A stretch of 64,000 bases of DNA from NCBI RefSeq assembly GCF_000006765.1, contig NC_002516.2. The stretch is one strand, 5' to 3'. Origin of the DNA: Pseudomonas aeruginosa PAO1 (GTDB lineage: Bacteria; Pseudomonadota; Gammaproteobacteria; Pseudomonadales; Pseudomonadaceae). Positions 55,535 to 64,000 of the stretch are shown one piece after another. A model generated the notes under the pieces. The model was not told the DNA's origin, ran no database searches, and saw only the letters and a list, made by a program, of their open reading frames with translations. Within the stretch, counting starts at the first letter, position 1; the number at the start of each line of letters is the position of its first letter. The position numbers and the translations under genes are program-made.

Positions 55535-56980
55535 ATGCAATGGGAAACCGTGATCGGGCTGGAAATCCACGCACAGCTCGCCACCCAATCGAAGATCTTC
55601 TCCGGCAGCTCGACCGCCTTCGGCGCCGCGCCGAATACCCAAGCCAGCCTGGTCGACCTGGCCATGCCGGGCACCCTGCCGGTGCTCAACGAGGAGGCCG
55701 TACGCATGGCCTGCCTGTTCGGCCTGGCGATCGACGCACGGATCGACCGGCAGAACGTGTTCGCCCGCAAGAACTACTTCTACCCCGACCTGCCGAAGGG
55801 CTACCAGACCAGCCAGATGGACCATCCTATCGTCGGCAAGGGCCATCTCGACATCACCCTGGAAGACGGCACCACCAAGCGCATCGGCATCACCCGCGCG
55901 CACCTGGAGGAGGACGCCGGCAAGAGCCTGCACGAAGACTTCCAGGGCATGAGCGGCATCGACCTGAACCGCGCCGGCACGCCGTTGCTGGAGATCGTTT
56001 CCGAGCCGGACATCCGCAGCGCCAAGGAAGCCGTGGCCTACGTCAAGGCGATCCACGCCCTGGTGCGCTACCTGGGCATCTGCGACGGCAACATGGCCGA
56101 GGGCTCGCTGCGCTGCGACTGCAACGTCTCGGTACGACCGAAGGGCCAGGCCGAATTCGGCACCCGCGCCGAGATCAAGAACGTCAACTCCTTCCGCTTC
56201 ATCGAGAAGGCGATCAACCACGAGATCCAGCGCCAGATCGAGCTGATCGAGGACGGCGGCAAGGTAGTCCAGGAAACCCGCCTGTACGACCCGAACAAGG
56301 ACGAGACCCGCTCCATGCGCGGCAAGGAAGAAGCCAACGACTACCGTTACTTCCCCTGTCCCGACCTGCTGCCGGTGGTCATCGAGCCCGAGTACCTGGC
56401 GAAGCTGCGCGAGCAACTGCCGGAACTGCCGGTGCAGAAGCGCGAACGCTTCGAGAGCCAGTACGGCCTGTCCGCCTACGATGCCAGCGTGCTGTCCGCC
56501 AGCCGCGAGATGGCCGACTACTTCGAGAAGGTCCAGGGCATCTGCGGCGACGCCAAGCTGGCGGCCAACTGGGTGATGGTCGAGCTGGGCAGCCTGCTCA
56601 ACAAGGACGGCCTGGAGATCGAGCAGTCCCCGGTGTCCGCCGAGCAACTGGGCGGCATGATCCTGCGCATCAAGGACAACACCATCTCCGGCAAGCTCGC
56701 CAAGATGGTCTTCGAAGCCATGGCCAACGGCGAGGGTTCCGCCGACCAGATCATCGAGGCCAAGGGCCTGAAGCAGGTCACCGACAGTGGCGCCATCGAG
56801 AAGATGCTCGACGAGGTGCTGGCGGCCAACGCCGAGCAGGTCGAGCAGTACCGCGCTGCCGACGAGGCCAAGCGCGGCAAGATGTTCGGCTTCTTCGTCG
56901 GCCAGGCGATGAAGGCCTCGAAAGGCAAGGCCAACCCGCAGCAGGTGAACGAGTTGCTGAAGAAAAAGCTCGAAGCGTGA
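55535..56980 (+). CDS. gatB: Asp/Glu-tRNA amidotransferase subunit B; start at MQWETV
   Basis: [39 protein letters not shown]; RBS GAGG. Confidence 0.97.
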   Translation: MQWETVIGLEIHAQLATQSKIFSGSSTAFGAAPNTQASLVDLAMPGTLPVLNEEAVRMACLFGLAIDARIDRQNVFARKNYFYPDLPKGYQTSQMDHPIVGKGHLDITLEDGTTKRIGITRAHLEEDAGKSLHEDFQGMSGIDLNRAGTPLLEIVSEPDIRSAKEAVAYVKAIHALVRYLGICDGNMAEGSLRCDCNVSVRPKGQAEFGTRAEIKNVNSFRFIEKAINHEIQRQIELIEDGGKVVQETRLYDPNKDETRSMRGKEEANDYRYFPCPDLLPVVIEPEYLAKLREQLPELPVQKRERFESQYGLSAYDASVLSASREMADYFEKVQGICGDAKLAANWVMVELGSLLNKDGLEIEQSPVSAEQLGGMILRIKDNTISGKLAKMVFEAMANGEGSADQIIEAKGLKQVTDSGAIEKMLDEVLAANAEQVEQYRAADEAKRGKMFGFFVGQAMKASKGKANPQQVNELLKKKLEA

Positions 56981-56989
56981 GTCAAAGCC

Positions 56990-57017
56990 AGACGCCGGGT
57001 TCGCCCGGCGTCTTCTT
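56990..57017 (+). terminator. Intrinsic terminator after gatB
   Basis: AGACGCCGGG-ttcg-CCCGGCGTCT followed by TCTT; UUCG tetraloop. Confidence 0.7.
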
Positions 57018-57039
57018 GTCCGCCAGGAGCCTGTTGTCC

Positions 57040-57417
57040 ATGCCCACCCCATCCGCCGCCGCGCGCCTCGCCCTCGCCGTCCTGCCCCTGTTCCTCGCCG
57101 GCTGCTCCAGCCTCGCCGGCAGCGGTTCCGCGGATACCGGCGAAGCCTCCTACTATGGCAGCCGCCACGCAGGCCTGCGTACCGCCAGCGGCGAGCGCTA
57201 CAACCCCAACGCAATGACCGCTGCCCACCGCACGTTGCCGTTCGGTGCCCGCGTGCGGGTAACCAACCTCGACAACCGCCGCAGCGTGGTGGTGCGGATC
57301 AACGATCGCGGGCCGTTCCGCCGCGGACGGATCATCGATGTATCGCGCAAGGCCGCCGAAGGCCTGGGTATGATCCGCAGCGGCGTGGCGCCGGTTCGGA
57401 TAGAGTCGCTGGATTGA
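57040..57417 (+). CDS. Small RlpA-family (DPBB) lipoprotein / lytic transglycosylase-like protein (PA4485-like)
   Basis: Lipobox LAGC, ASYYG, TAAHRTLPFG, RINDRGPF, RIIDVS; RBS AGGAG. Confidence 0.88.
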   Translation: MPTPSAAARLALAVLPLFLAGCSSLAGSGSADTGEASYYGSRHAGLRTASGERYNPNAMTAAHRTLPFGARVRVTNLDNRRSVVVRINDRGPFRRGRIIDVSRKAAEGLGMIRSGVAPVRIESLD

Positions 57418-57448
57418 GCCACCTTCTACCCACGACAGGAACCTTCCG

Positions 57449-57835
57449 ATGAGCGAACAAGGCAAGACCGGCCTGGAGATCCGACGTGAAGTCATGGGCG
57501 ACGCCTTCGTCGAGCGCGCCATGGGCAACGCCACCGCCTTCACCCAGCCATTGCAGGACTTCGTCAACGAGCATGCCTGGGGCTCGGTCTGGGCCCGCGA
57601 GGCGCTGCCGCGCAAGACCCGCAGCCTGATTACCCTGGCCGCCCTGACCGCCCTGAAATGCCCGCAGGAACTCAAGGGGCACGTGCGCGGTGCGCTGAAC
57701 AACGGCTGCACGGTGGAGGAAATCCGCGAGGCACTGCTGCACTGCGCGGTCTATGCCGGGGTGCCGGCGGCGATCGATGCGTTCCGTGCGGCGCAGGAAG
57801 CGATCGATACCTGGCAGGGCGAACAGCCCGCCTGA
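57449..57835 (+). CDS. Carboxymuconolactone decarboxylase (CMD/PcaC) family protein
   Basis: AWGSVWAREAL, RSLITLA, ELKGHVRGALNNG, AVYAGVP. Confidence 0.88.
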   Translation: MSEQGKTGLEIRREVMGDAFVERAMGNATAFTQPLQDFVNEHAWGSVWAREALPRKTRSLITLAALTALKCPQELKGHVRGALNNGCTVEEIREALLHCAVYAGVPAAIDAFRAAQEAIDTWQGEQPA

Positions 57836-57908
57836 GCCCAGGAGCCATCCGCAGCGGCATGAGCGCCGCCGTCAGGCCACGGGTTGATAACACCGATGCC
57901 TGAGCGAC

Positions 57909-57941
57909 GGCGAATAACGCCAGGGGCGTTATCCGCCCTAC
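57909..57941. repeat. GTAG-family REP element
   Basis: Minus strand GTAGGGCGGATAACGCC-cct-GGCGTTATTCGCC. Confidence 0.8.
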
Positions 57942-57959
57942 GGGACCGAGCGCAGGCGC

Positions 57960-58751
57960 CTACGGATAACTGAAGCGCTTCACCAGCGTCAGCTCGCCAG
58001 GCTTGCGCATCGGCACCAGGAAGGTTTCCTGTTTCTCGTTCGGCGTGCCCTCTTCGGTGACCAGGGTGATGCGCGCCGTGGTCAGGTCCTGGGCGGCCTG
58101 TTCGGCGCCATCCTCGCTGCTGCCGTAGCCGCCGCCGAAGTAGTTGACGTAGACCAGGTAGGGCCCCTTCTGCGGCGTCGGCGTGGCGATGATTTCCGGG
58201 CCGTAGCCGGTGGTGACGTCGACATCCAGGGTCGCGCCGTTGGCCAGCGAACGATTGCCATACCAGACATGGTCGCCGTCCGGGGTCACCAGGTGCAGGT
58301 CGAGGTCGGTGTTGTCGCTGTCCCAGGACAGCAGCACGCGCAGCTTGGCCGGCACTTCCCCGCCGCCGCCACCGTGATAGAACTGGACCCGTCGCGACTG
58401 CCCGGCGGCGTTGCGCACCTCGACGCTGTTGCTGCCGGACGGGAAGGCGAACGGGCGGTCGAAGCTGCCATCGGCGTCCACCTTCAGTGGCATGCTCACA
58501 CCGTTCACCACCAGCGTCGCCGGGCGGTCCTTGGGTTGGCTCTCGATCGCGCCGCGAATGCGCGCGGTGGTCGCCTGGTCGGCGGCGACGTTGACCGAGG
58601 ACGCCGGGTAGTTCACCACCTGCCGGTAATTGGCGGCGGAACCGTCGCCGGCACGCCAGCCGGAGACCGGCGTATCCAGTTTCACGGGGTTGTCCGCCCA
58701 GGCGACGAGGGGAAGGCAACTGAGCAGGGCGGCAAGGGACATTCGGTTCAT
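57960..58751 (-). CDS. magF: MagF, YfaP/DUF2135-family exported protein; start at MNRMS
   Basis: Signal peptide, LRVLLSWDSDNTDLDLHLVTPDG, DVDVTTGYGPE. Confidence 0.85.
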   Translation of the reverse strand: MNRMSLAALLSCLPLVAWADNPVKLDTPVSGWRAGDGSAANYRQVVNYPASSVNVAADQATTARIRGAIESQPKDRPATLVVNGVSMPLKVDADGSFDRPFAFPSGSNSVEVRNAAGQSRRVQFYHGGGGGEVPAKLRVLLSWDSDNTDLDLHLVTPDGDHVWYGNRSLANGATLDVDVTTGYGPEIIATPTPQKGPYLVYVNYFGGGYGSSEDGAEQAAQDLTTARITLVTEEGTPNEKQETFLVPMRKPGELTLVKRFSYP

Positions 58752-58755
58752 GGAG

Positions 58756-60405
58756 TCATTCCAGTAGCAGGCGCCGGGCCAGGCTTTCGATATAGTTTTC
58801 GTCCTGGCCGCTGGGATGGGCGCGGAAGGCCAGGTGCAGGTATTCGTGGGTGAGGTCCAGGCGTTCCTGTAGGGAATACAGGCCGCGGACGAAGATGCGT
58901 TCGCGCTCGCGATCGACATAGGGCCGCCCGGAAGCCAGGCGGCACACGGAAAAACTCGGAATCTCCTCGTAGCCGGGCTCTCGGTCGAGGCGCTCGCGCC
59001 ACTGCCGGCGCTGCTTGCGCAGCCAGTCTTCGGCAGCCGGCAACGGCTGGCAGGCGGCCACCGGGTTGTCCCAGCGGCTCAGGCTGCTGCGCGGGAAAGC
59101 CTGGGCGAGGATGCTGTCGTAGCCCAGTCCCTGCCCGGCTTGCTCCACCGCGTGCTTCCAGGACAGGCGCGCCGGACCAGGCTGGTCGGAGTGATAGTTG
59201 ACGGTCGCCCCGGCCAGCACCAGGTCGGCGCTCCAGGCAGCGATCCGCCGCGTCGGCGCGCTGGCCGGGCGCGGCGCTACGCGCTGGCGCTGGCTGCTGT
59301 CATCGATGGCCAGGCATTCGCCGCGCGGCGCGGCGTTTTGCAATAGATAGGTGCGAATGGTCACCGCCAGCGCGCGAGCGGCTTCCTTCGGCTGCGCCGA
59401 GGCTTCGCGCTCCAGCACCCGCGCCACGTACTCTTCGCGCGAAACCCGCGCGACCAGGCGCGGCACGCCATCCACCCGTTGCAGGAAGAGGTCGCCGGCG
59501 CTGGCGATGTCCAGTCGATTGCCGTTGGCGAAGAGCACTTGCTGCGGACCATGCAGCAGGCCTTCGGCGGCCGGGTGGCCGGAGGGATCGCTGACCGAGC
59601 GCAGCGGATAGCGGCTGAACAGGTTCACTTCCACGCAACGGCCCGGATCGGCCGGCCACGGACTCGGCAGGAAGCGCCCGAGCACCTCGGCGTAGCGGTC
59701 CAGGATCATCTTGCTGGTTCCCGGGCCGCCGAGCCAGAGCGGCGTTCCATCGACCAGCCAGCCAGCGAAACCGCCCTGGCGCGCCTGCGGGTCATGGTCG
59801 TCGAGCCAGCTCCAGGTCTTCACCCGCAGGCGGCCGCCAAGGCTGGCCACGGCATGGCCGTCGCCGGCCTGCAACGCCACATCGAGCAGTACCCGCCGCG
59901 CCTCGCCCTGGGCCGGCAGTTGCTGCAACTGCTCCAGAAGCTCCTTAACCGGCACCCGCGTCTGCGGTTGCAGCCGTTCCAGATCGAGCAACCAGGCCGG
60001 TGCCTGGCGCGCCTGCCAGTAGCCGCGCCAGGCCTCCGGCCGCAAGGCGAGGCGCTGCGGCTCGAAATACAGCCCGCAGGAGCGCACCAGGGCGCGGTCA
60101 CGACCGATCGTCTGGCCATTCTCGCAGCAGTAGACCTCCTCGCGGCTGCGCCCCTGGCAGGTATAGGGCGGCTCGGCCTGGCCGGTGTCGCTCAGCCAGG
60201 CGAAGACGAACAGTTTCCACAGGCTGCCCAGCGGAGCCTGCAAATCGGCCGGCAACGGCCGGCGCTCGAGTACCCGCTGGCGATCCAGGCTCACCAGTTC
60301 GTAGCCCTGGGTCGTGCGCCAGGCCAGCTGGACCGGCGCCTCCGCTGCGCGAAGCAGCAACGGCACGGCGCACAGCAGGACCAGCCAGGCGCGCAACGCA
60401 ATCAC
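58756..60405 (-). CDS. magE: MagE, YfaQ-family exported protein (DUF2300 plus SpoIID-like domain)
   Basis: Signal peptide, EEYVARVLEREA...ALAVTIRTY SpoIID motif, 4-nt overlap with magD. Confidence 0.85.
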   Translation of the reverse strand: MIALRAWLVLLCAVPLLLRAAEAPVQLAWRTTQGYELVSLDRQRVLERRPLPADLQAPLGSLWKLFVFAWLSDTGQAEPPYTCQGRSREEVYCCENGQTIGRDRALVRSCGLYFEPQRLALRPEAWRGYWQARQAPAWLLDLERLQPQTRVPVKELLEQLQQLPAQGEARRVLLDVALQAGDGHAVASLGGRLRVKTWSWLDDHDPQARQGGFAGWLVDGTPLWLGGPGTSKMILDRYAEVLGRFLPSPWPADPGRCVEVNLFSRYPLRSVSDPSGHPAAEGLLHGPQQVLFANGNRLDIASAGDLFLQRVDGVPRLVARVSREEYVARVLEREASAQPKEAARALAVTIRTYLLQNAAPRGECLAIDDSSQRQRVAPRPASAPTRRIAAWSADLVLAGATVNYHSDQPGPARLSWKHAVEQAGQGLGYDSILAQAFPRSSLSRWDNPVAACQPLPAAEDWLRKQRRQWRERLDREPGYEEIPSFSVCRLASGRPYVDRERERIFVRGLYSLQERLDLTHEYLHLAFRAHPSGQDENYIESLARRLLLE

Positions 60406-63400
60406 TCGACCTTGACCTTGGCCAGCGCCGGCTTGGCTTCCAGGGCCTGCTGTTCCGGCGCGTAGAGACGCAGGTAGCGGGCCGGTGGCAGGTTGAAGCT
60501 GCCTTTCTGGGAGAAACGCACCAGGTGACGGAAACGCTGCTCGCCACTCAGGCTGTCCACCGGCACCCCGTAGAACAACTCGCCCGGTTCGTTGCGCGCG
60601 CGCTCCAGGGTGGTCGCTTCGTCGCCGGCCAGGCCGCTGATCTTGATGCCCCAGGTGGTGCGCTCGACATCCGCGCCGGGCGGCAGCGGCAATTCCAGCA
60701 TGCCGTAGCGTAGAGCGGTGTCTTCCGGAACGTTCAGGGTCACTTCGTCGAGATACAGTTCGTCGCTGGAAAGCGGCTTGTCGCCAACCTCCTCGACCTT
60801 GAACTCGAACGCCCCCTCACCGGGCACCAGGCGCAGCAGACGACGGCTGATCTGCACCGGCAGTTGCCCGCTCGGCGCCTGGGCGCTGCGGTAGCTGAGC
60901 GCAACCGGCAACGGCCGGGCCGGCGCCTCGTCCAGGTCGACCCAGCTCGGAATGCCGCGGCCGCGCCATTGCCAGTAGGTTTCGCCGCTGGCGCCGCGCT
61001 GCGCCTGCCAGTCCTTCGGCGGCTGCGGCAGCTTGCCCTGCGGCGCCTGGGCCAGGGCGCCCTGCAGCCAGGTCAGGGCCAGGGCGCGTTCCAGGGTCGA
61101 TTGCGCCGGCGCCAGGCGTTGCAGCAGAGCGCTGGCCTGCTGGCCATCCACGGCCGAGCGAGAGGCCAGCAAGGCATCGGTGAACGGCAAGCCGGCCTCA
61201 CGCAGGCGCTGCGTCGCCGTCTCGGCCTGGGCGGCCAGCGGCGCGGGCACCGCGACCCGCAGTTGCCGTGCAAGGTCCACCGCCAGCACTCGCGCCGCGG
61301 CCAGGCCGACGGCCGAGTCCGGGTCGCCCAGCACCAGGCCGTCGTCGGCCTCCAGCGGCTCCGCGCGCGCCTGCCCTTCGCCGGCGTTGGCCAGATCGTT
61401 GAGCAGGCCGCCGAGCAGGGTGTTCACCGGCAATTGCATGTCGCGGGCGAAAGCCAGGATCAGCGCACGCTGCAGCAGCGGGGTCTGCGTCGCCTGCTTG
61501 GCGTAGGGCTCGAGGATGCGCTGCCAGTGTTCGGCCGGCAGTTGGATCTCCAGTGCGCGGCTGGCGTACCAGTCGGCGTAGTAGGCGTAGGCGGTGAGGA
61601 AAGCGTCGCCATCGACGTCGCCACCCCACCAGGCGAACCAGGCGTCCGGGCCGGCCATCTGCACCAGGCGCAGGCGACTGTTCTGCATGATCAGGCGCAG
61701 GCGGTCGCGAATCCGCGGCTCGCCGCCGGCCAGCGCCGGATAGGCGATGCTCAGCGGCAGCAGTTGGCTGGCGGTCTGCTCGACGCCGCCGTAGGGATAC
61801 TCCAGCAGATCATCGAGATTGCCCAGGTAGGCAGCGGCCGGGCCATCGGCCAGGCGCAGGCGTACGTCGCGCGCGTCCGCCGGCAGTTGCAGCGGGTTGC
61901 TCGCCGCCGCCAGGCTGAGGTTCTGCATCTGCTCCACCTGCCAGCCGTCGGCCAGCAGGTTGAAGCGCACCGCCAGGCGGTCGCGGACCTGCCCGTCCTG
62001 GCGCAACTCGGCGCTCCAGTCGCCATCGCTGAGCGGCTGTTGCGCCAGCGGAATGTAGTTGACTCCCTTGGCCAGCTCCAGGGTCTGGCTGCGCTGGCTG
62101 CCAGGCGGCCCGCTGAGCAGCTCGGCCTTGACCGGCTGTTCGCCCTGGTTGAAGACGAACAGGCCGAGGTCGGGCTGGTCACCCTGGCGGAAGCGAGTCG
62201 GCCCGCTCCACTTCAGGTACAGCGGCTTCTCCGAGCGAAGGAACTGCTTCTTCTGGCCGACCTGGCCGTTGTCGTCGATGGCCCGCGCGGTGATCCGCCA
62301 GCGGGTCAGCGAGTCGGGCATGCGGAAGCTGAAGCTGGCCTTGCCCTGGGCGTCGGTGACCAGCTCCGGCTGCCAGGCGGCGGTGTCGACGTCCTCGCGG
62401 CGCGGCCGCTCCAGTACCTTGACGCCGCGCTCGCTGCGGTTCGCCCGTCCGGGTGCGCTGGTGCTGCCGGGCAACGCCACGTCGTAGCTGATGAAGGCCA
62501 GGCTGGCGCTGGTGCGCACGTTGTTGCGCCGCGGATGGTAGAAGAACTGGTCGATGCCGGGGGCGATCTCCGCCTGCAGGGCATAGACCATCTCATCCAC
62601 CACGCTGACGGTCAGGTGGCTGGAAACCGGTTTGCCGGCGAAGCGCGTGGCCAGGGTCACGGTCACCGTCTCGCCCGGTTCGTAGCGCTCCTTGTCGGTG
62701 GCGATGTCGATCTCTACCTGGGGCATGCCGACCTTGATCCCGGCGTTCTGGAAGCTGTAGTCGCCGCCCTTGGTGTAGAGCACCGAGAAGGTCAGGTTCG
62801 GCGAGAACTCCTCGCGCACCGGGATCCACACGCGGTACTGGGTCGGATTGAGCTTTTCCAGGCGCAGCCAGTCGGCGCCCTTGGACAGCAGGGCGGTGGC
62901 CTCGACCTTGTCGCGCTCCAGGGACAACAGCGCATCCTCCACCGGCTCGGGGAAGGTGATCAGTGCGGAGGCTTCCTCGCCGGTGCGGTACTCGGGCTTG
63001 TCGAACACCACCTCGACGGTGCCCGGCACCGACTTCACGCCCTCGCCGCTCACCGAGTGGCCGGTAGCGCCAAGGAGCTGGCCCTTGTCGTCGCGCAGCT
63101 CCACGGAATAGGTACCGGGGCGCTCGAAGGTCAGCGCGAAGCGGCCGTCGGCGACCGGACCGCTGTCGGTGGCGCGGTCCTCCAGGCGGATCCACTGGTA
63201 GCTGCTCGGCTTGAGCGGGGTCGGCTGTTCGCTGGCATAGCTGAACTCGACCTTCTCGCCGGCGGCGCTGAAGCGCTGCGGCGCGCTCAGGCGGTAGCGC
63301 GCGGCGCCGCGCTCGATGAGGATCTCCTTGCTGGTCTTGACCCGGTAGGCGGCGCCGTCGCTGGCGAAGATGGTCAGCATGTAGCGACTGGGTTTCTCGG

Positions 63401-64000
63401 CCGGCGGCAATTCGATGGCGGCGCGACCCTTGCCGTCGGTGGTCAGTTCGGTGCTGCTCAGTTCCACCGGGAACTGGCCGAGATACTGCAGTTCGTTGTC
63501 CACCATCGACAACTGCTGGGCGCGCAGGCTCAGTTGCAGGCGCGCGTTGGCCACCGGCTTGCCGTCCGGATAGAGCAGGACGATCTCGCCCTTCACCGGC
63601 TCGGCGGTCTTGAAGTCCGGCTTGGCCAGGTCGAGGGCGACTTCGAAGTGCGGCTTGATGTATTCGGCGACGCGGAAGGCGCTGCTGTAGGTCTGCCCGC
63701 GGTAGTCGAAGCGCAACTCGTAGCCGCCGGCGACGGCGTTCTCCGGCAGTTGGAAGCGGCCATTGGCGCCGCTCTTCGCGTCGAAGCGGAGGTCCAGGCT
63801 TTGCAATACCGTGCCGCTGGCGTCGATCACGCTCAGGCGCACCGGCGCGCTGGCGGCGGCCTGGGATTGCCGGGCGTCCTTGAACTCGCGGCCGACCATC
63901 TTCAACGAGACCCAGTCGCCCGGCCGGTACAGCGGGCGGTCGGTGAAGGCGTAGATCTTGGTGTCGTAGATCTCGCTGTCGTAATAGAAGTTCTCGGAGA
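60402..64000 (-). CDS. magD: MagD, bacterial alpha-2-macroglobulin of the YfaS type; 5' end lies outside the window
   Basis: Frame stays open to the window edge (FTDRPLYRPGD MG2 motif), SFRMPDSLTRWRITA, YPYGGVEQT thioester-position motif. Confidence 0.93.
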   Translation of the reverse strand, partial: SENFYYDSEIYDTKIYAFTDRPLYRPGDWVSLKMVGREFKDARQSQAAASAPVRLSVIDASGTVLQSLDLRFDAKSGANGRFQLPENAVAGGYELRFDYRGQTYSSAFRVAEYIKPHFEVALDLAKPDFKTAEPVKGEIVLLYPDGKPVANARLQLSLRAQQLSMVDNELQYLGQFPVELSSTELTTDGKGRAAIELPPAEKPSRYMLTIFASDGAAYRVKTSKEILIERGAARYRLSAPQRFSAAGEKVEFSYASEQPTPLKPSSYQWIRLEDRATDSGPVADGRFALTFERPGTYSVELRDDKGQLLGATGHSVSGEGVKSVPGTVEVVFDKPEYRTGEEASALITFPEPVEDALLSLERDKVEATALLSKGADWLRLEKLNPTQYRVWIPVREEFSPNLTFSVLYTKGGDYSFQNAGIKVGMPQVEIDIATDKERYEPGETVTVTLATRFAGKPVSSHLTVSVVDEMVYALQAEIAPGIDQFFYHPRRNNVRTSASLAFISYDVALPGSTSAPGRANRSERGVKVLERPRREDVDTAAWQPELVTDAQGKASFSFRMPDSLTRWRITARAIDDNGQVGQKKQFLRSEKPLYLKWSGPTRFRQGDQPDLGLFVFNQGEQPVKAELLSGPPGSQRSQTLELAKGVNYIPLAQQPLSDGDWSAELRQDGQVRDRLAVRFNLLADGWQVEQMQNLSLAAASNPLQLPADARDVRLRLADGPAAAYLGNLDDLLEYPYGGVEQTASQLLPLSIAYPALAGGEPRIRDRLRLIMQNSRLRLVQMAGPDAWFAWWGGDVDGDAFLTAYAYYADWYASRALEIQLPAEHWQRILEPYAKQATQTPLLQRALILAFARDMQLPVNTLLGGLLNDLANAGEGQARAEPLEADDGLVLGDPDSAVGLAAARVLAVDLARQLRVAVPAPLAAQAETATQRLREAGLPFTDALLASRSAVDGQQASALLQRLAPAQSTLERALALTWLQGALAQAPQGKLPQPPKDWQAQRGASGETYWQWRGRGIPSWVDLDEAPARPLPVALSYRSAQAPSGQLPVQISRRLLRLVPGEGAFEFKVEEVGDKPLSSDELYLDEVTLNVPEDTALRYGMLELPLPPGADVERTTWGIKISGLAGDEATTLERARNEPGELFYGVPVDSLSGEQRFRHLVRFSQKGSFNLPPARYLRLYAPEQQALEAKPALAKVKVE

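Noticed and set aside
55540-57417. 625-aa ORF overlapping gatB and in frame with the RlpA-like gene (possible frameshift fusion)
   Set aside because: The upstream part is low-complexity off-frame gatB; a terminator, a separate RBS and a lipoprotein signal peptide at 57040 indicate an independent gene

Overview
GC-rich gammaproteobacterial core chromosome, almost certainly Pseudomonas aeruginosa. From memory the gene order matches PAO1 PA4425-PA4489, so treat the locus tags as recollection rather than a search result. Left to right: gmhA-dolP; petABC and sspAB; rplM-rpsI; an aldo-keto reductase; acyl-CoA dehydrogenase / AraC regulator / secreted helical protein; zapE, trpS, an alpha/beta hydrolase, yhcB; cysDN; mltB1, Nif3, algW; mlaFEDCB-ibaG-murA-hisG-hisD-hisC; kdsDC-lptCAB-rpoN-hpf-ptsN-rapZ-ptsO; the Fur-boxed fagA-fumC1-orfX-sodM-ZIP operon; pmbA, yjgA; mreBCD-maf-rng-yhdP-nitrilase-tldD; gatCAB, an RlpA-like lipoprotein, a CMD-family protein; and the 3' end of the mag (alpha-2-macroglobulin) operon, with magD truncated by the window edge. 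I saw no rRNA, tRNA, CRISPR array, IS, prophage or compositionally foreign island. Most long overlapping ORFs in the track are high-GC shadow frames. The best candidate for an under-described system is MagE: it carries PBP-transpeptidase-like, SpoIID-like and HExxH motifs in one secreted protein, next to a macroglobulin that lacks the thioester cysteine. Other notable signals are an ATC start for mreC, a degenerate APS-kinase domain on CysN, a YegP-like tail on TrpRS, uncharacterised proteins and a ZIP transporter in the Mn-SOD operon, and several dual-purpose intergenic elements.
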